A DNA stretch of 64,000 nucleotides from Ascidiella aspersa (Eukaryota): NCBI GenBank assembly GCA_963924565.1, contig OZ004615.1, positions 17,298,001 through 17,362,000 of the forward strand, in the 5' to 3' direction. Each line of letters opens with the position of its first letter. Position 1 is the stretch's first letter. This document shows, one piece after another, positions 38,002 through 50,100 of this stretch. The notes beneath the pieces were generated by a model. The model was given only the letters and a program-made list of their open reading frames with translations, made no database searches and was not told the origin of the DNA. A program made the translations under genes and the position numbers.

Positions 38002-40161
38002 TTATATCAACTTGAGCTGCAGAAGTCTCTTCTTTGTGGCCGCCTCCAGCGCGACCTCGGCTTGCTGTCGCTCCTTTGGCGGAAGATTGGCGATCTCATC
38101 GTCGCCCATGGGACGCTTAAAAACGTCTACGTTCGCCTGCTCGAATGCGGCTCGGATTCGCTTCATGTCAGCCGAGGTCTGGTCATTGATGGCGAGCAAA
38201 TCTTCGTCGCTCCCATGCGCGATCGCGTTAGCAGCTTTCATGATCCTAGCAACCACGTCACGGACGACATCCAACGCTTCGCGCTCTTCCTGTTTGCCGG
38301 GTTCCTCTTGCGGAGTTTCATTTCGCTCAGCTGGAACACCGTCCACCTGGACCTCCGAGCCTCCGTCGGACTTCGGAGTTTCTACCTTGAGGGGTGGTGT
38401 CTTGACGGTGACGGGACTAGGTGGTTTAGAAGGACTTGTGACGCTATTCGTCTCGCTTTCCGAGTATTCGGGTTCAGTTAAGTAGAGCTCGGCTGCTTTG
38501 AACGGAGCTGGAAGTTTCTCGGGTTCCAACCTCCGCCGTAACCGTTCGATCTGTTCGTCAGCAGCATCTTGTAGTTCCGATTTAGCGAGTCTTTCCTCAG
38601 TTAGCAACTTGCGAGTCTTGATTAATTCATCGCGCATCAGTTGAAGCTCGTCCACCAACTGGTCGCGCTCGCTCTTCAGCTCCTCCACGTTGTCGAGAAG
38701 AGGAGTCGAGCCTCCGCTGCCTCCACCGCCTTCCTCCAAAAGCGGGGAGCGCGTCTTCGATTTTTGCTGCTGCATCTGCTCGGATTTTAGAAACTTTTGT
38801 AGTTTGACGCTGAACCAATCGCGCCACGGGGGAAGAGACGGTGTCATTTCAGCGATAGGAAATTGCCGTCGATTTTCTCGCTCGCTTTTCAATATGTTTA
38901 CCAGCTTATGGTTAAGTTTGTGTTCGATCATGGCGCCCCGTATTTTCTCGGCAGTTAACACTCGCATGCTTCCCTTGACAGCCGCGTCCAGCTGCTTCCA
39001 AGTACCGCAATCCATGATCTTTTCCCTCGCAATAAGTAGGAAGCTGGCGCAGAAACTTGCCACCGGGTCGTACCGTTCAACGTCGAAACCTAGAATTACG
39101 TGGTCCCAGACGTACATTAGCGCTTCAAGCGGTAAATATCCAACCAGCAGTGACCTTAGACAAGGTCGAAACAAAACGCCAATGCAGTTGCCGGACGACT
39201 TGTTCGCGTGCCTTGTAAACAAAGTTTCCAATTGATTAAGAAGCCTGGGCTCATTGTTGGTTATAATACGCTTCGCTTCAGCGCAAAAGTTCACAAAACT
39301 GCGCACGTTATCCTGTGACGTCATATAGTCTGGTCGTCGTTTCAAGAACACCTCGTGTTGTGACGTCATAACTGCTAAAGACTCAGTGGTGAGAACTTGT
39401 TTGGGTGACGTCGTAGAGTCAATTTTGTCTAAATGTGAGCCTAAGGTACAATAAACGAACGGAACTGCCAAAAGATAGTCTGTGTCTGTGAGCCCAACGG
39501 TGGACTTTGACCTCAAGTGATGGTAAGACAGCAAATGTCGCAAAACCGAGGTCGCTTCTTTAAAGTTCAGCAGCGGCGCTAAAGTATGGTCGGATTTAAG
39601 AAGCGCCTGACTTTTTTGCGAAATTTCAAAGTCTAAAGGCGAAACCAGACGTTGCTTCAAACCAGAACCGACGGCTTGTTTATATTCGTCTTTGGCTTTG
39701 TTGTGCTGTAGCTGATTTTTCCACAAGACGTATCGCATTTTCCGAGAAATTTGAACACCGTGACACTGTTGCATGTGAGTCTTCATCTCTGGCCATTTGT
39801 CAAGCAATATTTCCACAGCATTATCACATTCTCTGGCAATATAATCCAGTCTTGTTAATTCCTGTGCTTTGCTGGCCTTGTAGTTATCTGCTTGGTTACC
39901 AAGTTCTTTATCCAAATTACTACTGACAACTTTCAGCAAGTCTGTATATTGAGGGTCTGATTTAAGTAATTCCACAGCGTCTAGTATTAAAATGTTTTGT
40001 TCTTCGGCAGATAAAGAGCTAAAAGTTCTTACGCCATTATCTCGCAAATGCTTAGAAACTTCATCAAACAAAACCTTGGAAAAGGCGAGCCACTCGTCAG
40101 AACGTAAAACCTTTTGTTTCGACACTTGAACCCAAGTTGGTATTCCACTTAAATTCGCCAT
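38002..40161 (-). CDS. Intronless 719-aa protein with a degenerate Rab-GAP/TBC-like domain and coiled coil
   Basis: Uninterrupted ORF. TBC-like segments RYVLWK, LRHLLSY, LLAVPF and LRSLLVGYLPLEALMYVWDHVIL; heptad region LKSERDQLVDELQLMRDEL...IERLRRRL; splice acceptor in the 5' UTR near 40199. The ORF is secure; the family assignment is tentative. Confidence 0.8.
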   Translation of the reverse strand: MANLSGIPTWVQVSKQKVLRSDEWLAFSKVLFDEVSKHLRDNGVRTFSSLSAEEQNILILDAVELLKSDPQYTDLLKVVSSNLDKELGNQADNYKASKAQELTRLDYIARECDNAVEILLDKWPEMKTHMQQCHGVQISRKMRYVLWKNQLQHNKAKDEYKQAVGSGLKQRLVSPLDFEISQKSQALLKSDHTLAPLLNFKEATSVLRHLLSYHHLRSKSTVGLTDTDYLLAVPFVYCTLGSHLDKIDSTTSPKQVLTTESLAVMTSQHEVFLKRRPDYMTSQDNVRSFVNFCAEAKRIITNNEPRLLNQLETLFTRHANKSSGNCIGVLFRPCLRSLLVGYLPLEALMYVWDHVILGFDVERYDPVASFCASFLLIAREKIMDCGTWKQLDAAVKGSMRVLTAEKIRGAMIEHKLNHKLVNILKSERENRRQFPIAEMTPSLPPWRDWFSVKLQKFLKSEQMQQQKSKTRSPLLEEGGGGSGGSTPLLDNVEELKSERDQLVDELQLMRDELIKTRKLLTEERLAKSELQDAADEQIERLRRRLEPEKLPAPFKAAELYLTEPEYSESETNSVTSPSKPPSPVTVKTPPLKVETPKSDGGSEVQVDGVPAERNETPQEEPGKQEEREALDVVRDVVARIMKAANAIAHGSDEDLLAINDQTSADMKRIRAAFEQANVDVFKRPMGDDEIANLPPKERQQAEVALEAATKKRLLQLKLI

Positions 40162-41960
40162 GATATATCATTAAAGTTCTAAATGCGAAAAGCTAAACCT
40201 GTAGCACAAATTTGCTTTCTGAAGACTGTATTTCAACCGCCAGCCAACCACACAATAAAAGAGTGAGCCCCGTATCCCATTACATCACAAAACAAGGTTT
40301 GTTTAAAAGCGCAGGGCTAAAAATGACCATTGTTGCCTAGCAGTCCCCAGCCAAGGGCCTGTAGCATCATCAACAAAGGTCGGTATAATGAAACTTTGCG
40401 AGAGTCTGTTGTTTCTTCGGTCAGCTGTGGACTAAAAATATGAAAATATGTTTGCGGTAAATACTGTCACTTCACGTTTTTCGTATGCCTATACAGTCAC
40501 TGCAGTACACTTGTGTTGCTGACACGTCCACTACATAACCAGCATTACACCAATATTCCAAATAATAACACAAATGATCACATATTTCACCTTACGCTAA
40601 CTGATTGAACAGTGTTACCACTAGCTTGCTTCGTCAACATGCGTACACTACAGAAACTTTGATACAGTCATCACCAAAGCTGTATAATTGTCTGTGTATC
40701 GCACTAGACTTTAACCTTTGTATTTTACTGCTCAGTTCGGCTGTACATCTCCACTGAGGTTATTCATGTAATCTGTCAAAATTTGGTAAACTTTAGCACG
40801 TAAAGTGTACTTTGGAACAGCACAACAAAAAGAGACTTTTATTTGAAAGGCGCGGCGTGCCATTCAATTTATTGACTCGGTTTAAAAGTTTAAACATGGA
40901 CCTTGACAACCACTGAAAGTCACACATAGCGCCTGATATATATATAGGCTAACTATAGCTTTTCGAAGGTACACTTGCAGCCTTAAATTGAGTACACCAT
41001 CAGCTACTTCCCCATTAGTTATCACGCCTCGCCTTCATACAGCAAACCCAGTTACCCTTAACGGCGTCACTTATCTTGCTTGATTAAACACGGCGATAAA
41101 TTAAATAACCAACGGATTGCGTCATGGCTGGTAAAACATTAACCTGACTTGCCAATAATTCGCCATTATCCAGAAGAAAGAGCTGATTTTACAGTTTTTA
41201 AGCTTCATTATATTCGCCCTTTCTTTGAACGACTGAACGCTAAATTAAATTGTTGTGATTATACGATTAATTACCATACTTCCTTAGATACCAACCTACG
41301 CAGAATCTCGCTCACCGCCGACAAGGATAACATTAAACTTTAGAACACTTAATTTTACTCGAAATATTGTATTTAATAATATGTATAAGGCCTACAAACT
41401 GAATTAAATCTATTTTTTAACATAAGCGAGCATTCCACTTACTTTAATAAACCGACGAAGAAAAGCTTATAATGCGTTAACCAACACAATTCTAATTTGT
41501 ACGTAATCAACTTGATTTGAACTCACAGCACAAATAAATCTGGCATATGTCGTCCACATAAAATTGACCACATGGCATAGTTTTCCACTGGTTTGATGTA
41601 ATGTGTCGTACTTCGAACCCTTCGATCGGACGGCCAACCCGCCTGCGTGACCCAAAGTTACCTCGCTGTTCACAGCATCATTCGAGCGTCTTGCCGGCCT
41701 TGACGGCGAGGCTGCAGTTTGTGATGACGACACAAACACTCGTTTATTATAATAAAATAGAGCATCGTTGGTATTTTAACGTGTATACATCCAAATTTAC
41801 AAGATTGGTTGAGTGATGTTAACGTTCTCTGTTTAAAAAAATAAATAAACACAACAGGATTCTAAGCATAAAACAAGTATTGTTTTTTTGTTTTTCTAGA
41901 TTTTTTAAACTCCTGTTTACAAATTTTGTTGTTTTTTGTGCAATCTAGAAAGGTACACAG

Positions 41961-43111
41961 TCACGCCAGATGTTGACCAATGGCGCAACGAAGCAAGTAG
42001 TCTGTAGTAACCCCGAATTTACGCGCCACTGCCTTCTCAGACTTCGCGGGGTCAATGAACTGTAGAAGGCGAGGGTCGTGCAAAGTCGAACGCCGAAACG
42101 CGTGTTGAGTGTCAGAGGGCAACTGTTCCGTTGTAACCTTTGTACCCTCGGTAGCGATTCTGTTGCTTCGAAATCTAGGTTGGGGGTCTTTGATGTTTAT
42201 GCTAGTGCCTACACAATATTTACATTCAAACAGTAACGTCTCTGTTTTGCCTGTTCAGTAGGCAAAACATGTGATCTTTTGACTATACAAGCACTGCTTA
42301 AACCAGTGAGTTTTTAAACAGATATCGGAAATACTTCATCAAATAGATGTTTTCTAAAAGGTCGGAGTAAAACCATAACTGCTCTTTTTGTTTCTGTGCT
42401 ATATGTTTGATTTTGCCAAACATCTGACCGTATTATTAAATCATCCGTTAATCTTACCGAAAAATTTAAAATTTAAACATGAACAAGAATAACTCACAAG
42501 TAAACAATACATTTATCGTTAAAAGATTTGCCAAACATGATCCAAAATAATGCTCTTACTTATATACCAAGCTTAGATCATTACAATACCTGTTAAATAA
42601 ATTTAACAGAAAATAACATGTCAACTATATAGTTACTCATGAACGCCGTAAAAACGAGACATTTAAATTTCATTGAAGTGTTATTCCGACATGATAGGTC
42701 TTTTTCGAAATTAGACGTTATTGCGACTATTACGTTTATGTTGTTCTAATTTCGGTTTTATGACTGGAGTACATTACAAACTCTAGTTCGAATCTTATTG
42801 GCTCACCATGCAGTTGTTCGGCTATTCATGAAGTTGCTGTCAGACGAAACAATGTCTACCGACATGTACTTTGTACTTTGTATCCTTCTCTTACAAAAAT
42901 GTTTACTGTGCTATAAATTGCGAACGTGATGGTTCAAAATTGATTTTGGTTTTGAACTTGGAGGCAGACAGAGGTTTACGTAACCCAAGGTAACCCCGCA
43001 CTTCACGCGACCGATAGTAACCTGTCGACGGTTCAGACGTTAGTAGGTGACATTTTTTTACCTTGAGCTAGCGTGGCAACATTAGATTGAAACGTTGATA
43101 ACGCGTCACAC
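41961..43111 (-). CDS. Possible 3' exons of a small unannotated gene
   Basis: A 50-nt exon at 43062-43111 (ttctcag / AAG-gtaaa) joins in phase to an open terminal exon at 41961-42208 (81 codons plus stop). The 5' end was not found. Confidence 0.3.
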
Positions 43112-46100
43112 CTGAGAAACTACTCGAATAAAGAAGCACACGTGATGATGCAGCTGGGTACTTCAGTGCACTTTTGGATCCCTGATATACATTCAAGTAC
43201 AAAGCCACCAAATATATATTTATGTTTTTGCTCCACCCTAAAGAAAATATATTATACTAATTAAAAAACCAAAACTCGTTAGGAAGTACATTGATCAATG
43301 GGTGAATAAAACGACACATCAAAAAATTAAAATAACGACTTGCTTTCTATGCCCATTAGCGGATTAGCCTACATTTTAGCGATTATACAATAAACAACAT
43401 GGGAATATATGTTCTAAACATAAACTTGTTTATTTATATGCAACTTAGTCAAACGGAAATTTACCAAGATGAGCATGACACTGACATGGTGTCAAGCAAA
43501 CTAATAAAAAATATAAAACTTTAGCCAGGCCCACGAAAAGGAGGAAAAATAAAAGCAAATTACCGGAAACATTGAATTATTTTGAGTGACCACCAAAGCG
43601 TCAAGGCTTCAGTTTTGAATTCGAAATAGGACTATGACGTCATTTTTTAAGTTTCCGTATTTTGGTAGACCCTTTTGTCAGGTATTTATACCTGTTTGCT
43701 TTTTTGAAGATAAAATGAGTCACAACACTACTTAATGTTACGGCAACTAATTAAGAACACGCAAAACACTGAAACTTTCCCAATATAGCAACGAGCGTCA
43801 GATGGCACAGATAGGTCAATGGACGCTTGAATATGTCAAATTGTTAAGGCGAGGCAATAAGCAAACTTTCCATTCCGATTTGTACGTCAACATCACATGG
43901 ATCCCCCATAGTGACAAACATAGGATTTTATTTTATCATAGTAAACATATACTTCAATGGCGGCAACAGAATAAAACGTTTACCTAGCTTATACATTTTT
44001 TAACTTGTGGTCTGTGGTATTCTATAATAAGTTGGGAACACAATCTACCACAGTTGATTGCTGTACGTGCGACTTGTTTGCTTAAATTAAATTAGTTTTT
44101 CAAGGCCCCATATTGTAGATATCGCCCGGCAATAATTACTGAACCGACGATGATGGAGCAAACACTGCACCCATATTCGAACGCAGATTGCCTTTGTACT
44201 TTTAATCAAGTCTTAAACAAGCGTCTAACACTTTTGTTTTTTCTTATGCACATATTATAATATAATAAATATAATAATTATCAATCCCTTACGAGTGTCT
44301 CTAAACCAAACATTCTTTCTTTTTACTAATGGTTTATTTTAAACCAGCGACTAGCGGTGCTTATTAGTGAAGTTTTAACTGAACGAAATGGAACCTTTGT
44401 CAAGCTCAAGTTAGGATACTGAATTATGGCGACTAAACCTCTGTACTGACGCCGAGTGGAAATTATTATATCGCGTTGGTTTAATTTGCAACGTTTTCGA
44501 ATCTAAGAATTTTTTTCGAAAATCGTTAAAAGCAAAACAACATATCCAACACTTAAATTGCAAAATATATACTATATTTACAAATACTCAATACTAATGC
44601 TTCTAACATATCACATGTTGAAAGGCCTAAAGGAACTTACTAATAACGAACTCCTCATGTTCGTTATAAAAAAATGTCCTCTTATTCCTTTCCTTCTCCA
44701 AACAACTGCAAAATGTTTTCGCTCTTCTAACTAAGTTAATTAGGCTATTACTATGTTTTCCAGCATATAAATACGTTTCACTAGGGCTATCTAACAGATT
44801 ACACAATTCTTTAGGTCCGGCCAATGCGATTGAAATTATTAAATAGCGGGAATGTCCCGGAAGCACAAGAGGATTTATTTTGCTCACAGGTGATTTGTTG
44901 TCTCCCTGAAAAAATGTCACTTATACGTACGGCCAAGTAGAAAATTCGGTTTTCAGCAAACTTAACATTTGTTGAGTACATATTTATCAATTCAAAGGTC
45001 CTGGTATGTAGGGTATTTCATCCTACCTTACACTAAGGGGATAAGCAAGTTAAATGTAAAACTTGACGTTTTGACAACAACCAGGTTTCCTACAAACCTA
45101 ACGAACTACGATTAAAACAACTGTTTTTTCCAAACACTTGTTGATCCAAGCCGGCGATAGGCCTACGCAAGGGATTTTTATCATGTGAAGGTGTAAGTTT
45201 TTGATACTATTTTTACAAACTGGTATCTCTTCGCCTGTAAAATATTTAGTTTATGTCCGATGTACTTGTATAGCAAAGAGATAAACAAGAATCATTTTTG
45301 AAGATAATCAACATATTTACTTATACTTCAGTTTGGCGCTACAATTGAACACACATAAACTCAACTGACCAATGGAAACAACACAATTGACACGTGATTG
45401 CGAGCGACGCAGCATAGAACAAATCAAAATTATAATGGCCAATCAGGTGAGTTTCTTTTAGTGCGGCTCTGGGTAAAAAAGAAATATCTGTGGACTTCAA
45501 AAACTAAAACAATTTTCCAGGAAACGAAGTAAATAATGTGAAGAAAATTTTAATCAAAAATCTTTAACGTGATAAGAAACTGGTTCTCGGTGTAGTAAAA
45601 TCAGTGTCCCTTTTGATATTCAAATATATTGTACGGGCTTTAAAGGAAGCATTGGATTATCGTTGAGGAAATAACTAATTATGAACAAACGGTAAACCCA
45701 TCTTATAGGCTCTGAGTTTGCTAAAGCGCGAGAATAATACACGCTACATAAGGTATAGTCGGAAGTATGCGAGCTTTTATTTACAATATGCAGTGTTGTA
45801 TTCAGGTTTTTGCTGAAACGCACCAAGTCATCGTTGTGTTAAGGATTGTTATTCGGACGCAGGCTTTTTAAAATAACAGCTCAATTTACGATTCACGTGG
45901 TTTTGTTAAAACAGTTTTTTGATGGAAAATAATCAAATCGATCAGTTTTCCCTTTTTGATAAAATTCCATTCGCTTTTTATGCAAGGACGCGACCTGAAC
46001 TGTATTTCGTCATTACGACGGATTGCTGTGGGAGATTTAAATGACTTGTATACAACACTGCAAATATATAAATCAAAGATTGCCACGATAGAAACATCTA

Positions 46101-47132
46101 AATATCTGGAAACGAAGGTTAAAACATTGGTCCTGTATGTTGAAATAAGTTTTGAAAACAAAATTGACAGTGTTAAATAAAAAGCACAAATGATGGATAG
46201 GCTGCTAAATTTAATGACAAGTTAAGAAAGGTGAGTAGTATAACGACTATTTAAAATGCAATGAAATATCTAGAAGCCTTGTCTTTGTTATTTCAACTGT
46301 GTAAAAGTGTATTGTCGGTGGCAATCTCTGAACAGATAAATAATCATAATATTCCTGCTACTGGCTTGAAGAGTTACAATATGAAATGTTGCGCATATAA
46401 TACGGAGAATAAATTTTGGTTAAATGAAGGTTGTACTTCAAATGAATCAGGAGATAAATAATTAAAAGCAATTGCTTTAAACGCTCGTGAAGTTATCACA
46501 ATAGTGTTTAAACTAATCAACATTTTCGATTTTTCAGCAAAAACTGGTTAGCTAAATTAAAGTGAAAAACTATATAATTCACATCGAATTAATGACAGGC
46601 AGCAATTTAGCTAAGTGCATATATTTTACTGGCGTTGGCAAAAAACGCGGGTATGTCAGATTTCTTTTAAGAGATTGCAATTTTGGGAGTAAATTTCAAA
46701 TTTCATTTTTAATTTTCCATGAATGGTATAAATAAAAACATCCAACCAACACCAAGTAACTGTTTAAATGAAAGGGGAACACGCCCATCACAAAATAACA
46801 TACAATATAATGTAAACAAATGTCCTACATGCTAGCGACAATGTACAGTAAAGTGCTCTACAGCTATATATATATATTATTACATGTAAAGATCATATGT
46901 GCTAATATTCCAGACGTTAATCAACGGAACAATTGCGGATTTGCTCAGCACAATCTGTGACGCAACAAGAAGCGATAAGAAGAACTAAAGAAGTGACGCA
47001 AAAGTGAAATTCTACTTGTAAGAAGTCTAAATAATTAGATGAGTTTCAGTAGATGCCAAACAAAATTGAAAATCGCCTTCACGTTCCCACTTGACGGCCT
47101 CGAAGATTGTGGTGTAATAAAGAGGTGACTGT

Positions 47133-50100
47133 TTACGTTGGACGATTGGGAATAGACGGTCTTCCGGTCGGGGCTGGGCGCCTGAGTTAAAAACACACTT
47201 TCGTTGGTCATAAAAAAACATAAATTAAAAGTACATTTTGCTACTTATTAAGAATTGTGGATCCCTAAACCTAATGGATAGCGGCTAATAAGTAGTATCA
47301 GTTCGTGCCCGATACTAGGATGATGTCGGTGCCGACCAAATGTTAGATTTACTTGGGGGTGATACGAACTATAGTTTGCAACGTAACGTAATATTTTCTG
47401 CTTTAAAAGGTAAATATTTCAGAATAACAGCCAAGGTAAATAAATGTAGAGCAAATTTTGGCCTAATAATGTGGACAACGTTGCACTTGCATGTTAAAAT
47501 CATATCAATTTTTTGGCAATATTAGGAATGGCACTTAGTGTCGAATCAAAAGGCTATAGTCGGCCGAAAATATCTTGTATCGGCCATAAATAATATAATT
47601 ATTGTCATGTCTTTGCGTCGGCCTGCGTATCGGGCTGGTATCACCAATATAATAAACAAAGGAGCAAAAATTTAACCGAAAGAACATAACCAAGACTGAG
47701 TCAACTTCATTCTATTTCCTGCAAACGAAGATACAACCTACCTTGGAATAGAGGGGGGCGCCCGGGTGGAACCGGGGCGGTTGGGAATCGGCGGTGCCGC
47801 CGCGGTGGGCATCATCGGAGGGGGCATCGAGGGCGCCTGGGAGGGCAGACCGGGGGGCATTCGGCCACCGGAAGGACGCGCAGGCGGGGCTCGCCGGCCA
47901 GGACTGCTGCTCCGTACGCTGGGTTAAACAAGGTGATATAAAACACTATTGGTAAAAGAGTATGAAAAGGCGTATCTTTATGGAATCCCAACCATTGGCA
48001 GCAGGTTTTTGCTTGTCGATCACGGTGACGATGCCAGTAATAGGCAAAATATATATTCTTTTATAAAGTGTCTGATCCTGGTTTTACTCAGGTTCTTAAA
48101 CTTTGAGTTTTATTTGTTTGTTTATTGTTAAAAGGGGTTATTTGGTTATTTTTACGTCTGCTTTTCTCCGTCTTTTGCACTACACAAAACCTGTTTGGTT
48201 TGTAGGCACTTTTGGGACCGGTGCGTGACCCAATAAAAATGGAGCGTTTTTAGCGGCTTTATATCATGCTCACGACGCTTTGTCATATTCATAAGTTAAA
48301 CCGTATAACTAAAAAGTTTTCAAATCGTTGCAGGCAGCAGCTGCGCCTGTGGGGTAAACAAGACCTAACGCAGTGACCAAGTTCAAAGTAAAAGTCATCA
48401 TTGAAAAAGAGTGCAATAGTATTAAACTGGGAATTTTGAAAAGTTCGGCGAAACCTAACGTTTGAAACGATGAGGGTGCTTATTGGTGCGAAATTGGGAT
48501 ATAAGCACTTTAAAACAAATAAAATTCGTTCATTATAAAAGCTTATTGTAACACTTGCCATTAAGGATACAAAATTACAAATATTAAACACAATAAGAAT
48601 ATTAAACTGTTAGTTTAACAAGGCATGACTGTTAGTTTGATCAAGACAAAAGACCTAAAATGATTGGATTACTTTACATAGGTTCACTAGGGTTGTTTAC
48701 TTTGTAGATTTCTGCAAGTTAAGCCCTTGATACTTTGCCAAAGTATTTGGAATTCTGTGTGTGCAAAATAACTTAATAGAAAATAATCAGTCGTGTATTC
48801 GTACCCGGATTACAGTTTAAAATTCAACTACACTGTCTTTAAATTGTGCCGCGTTTTTTTAAAATATATCACAGCCTAACACGAGATAATAAGAATAAAA
48901 AAACAATCATAAAACGAAAAAAAAAAATAATAATTGCCAGTATGGCAGAAATCGGCGCCTCGCTATATTAAATTATAAACTGGCTTTTTAAATCTTCCGT
49001 GAATATACTTCTAAATCCAACGGTATGTTTATCACAACGCACAATGGAGCTTTATATATATATCTGCGTATTTCACACAGGAGTTGTAATTAGTGCATCA
49101 TAGGTTGTCCAACACCGGATAGCATTCGACATGCTCGAGTCGCGTGATTCAGCATTTCACATTTATTTGGGTTTGGAAAACGCTCGCCAGCCAGGCCGCT
49201 GCTTACACAGTAGACGCGGTTAGTCACAATCAAACAAGGGTTAATGTGCATTAGTCAACAGCCGGTAGCTGTACTACTAGCTAGGACAAGTAATCTCATA
49301 AGCTGAAGCAAATTTTCTCAGCTAGCGCTTTGAAGAACAACAGAATCTTTTTTCCAACAAAGTTTTTTCGAAACCACTTTTTAAAGGGCCAGATTAATGA
49401 CAAAATTTGGCCTTTTTATCGAAACCGTTAAAGCGATGCTTAACATGACATCACGTTAGGAGCTTGGGGTCTGGTTACAGGCGCTGACAAACAAGTTAGG
49501 TTCATGCACGTTCCCTATTACAGTAGTTCTTTTTTTGTTAAACTAGGGCGGCGGTGCAGTTCAGCGACCTCGTCTTGACACTGCTCCAGCGTTTCAGCGG
49601 CGCCTGTTGCCCGTGGACCTTTTGGGGCAGGAGGGCGCCCCCGTCGAGAATGTTTTCCGCGCTGGACGACCGCACCATTGCGGATCCGGGAAGAGGGGGC
49701 CTGCTTTTTGTTACGTTTAGTTACTGCTGGAAGTTGGCCAAAACCGTTGGTTTTCGACAGCTTTTAAGGTTGAACGATTGACTGTTTATTCAGGCGGTTT
49801 ACCGAGAGTTTACCCTCTTTGTAAATGTCGTTAACTGCAATTCTCTTTAAAGTGGGCGTTGCGTTAATCAGTGGACGACAACCAAATATATTTAAATCAA
49901 TGAGCGAATTTGACGTGCTTTTCAAACACTAAAAAAACAAATATCCCAACGATATTGAAATCCAAACAACATTGTGATTTACCCGTTTTCATTGTAAATA
50001 AGAAAACACGTTATATGCGGCTAAGGTTAGATTAATTGTTGGCAAGTATAGTTATTTTGATGTTTGACTGTGTTTTAACTGCTTACCTTTGTCTCATGGT

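Noticed and set aside
46261-46461. LFQLCKSVLSVAIS resembling a hAT dimerisation domain
   Set aside because: Too short, and the following SxxERxFS motif is absent.
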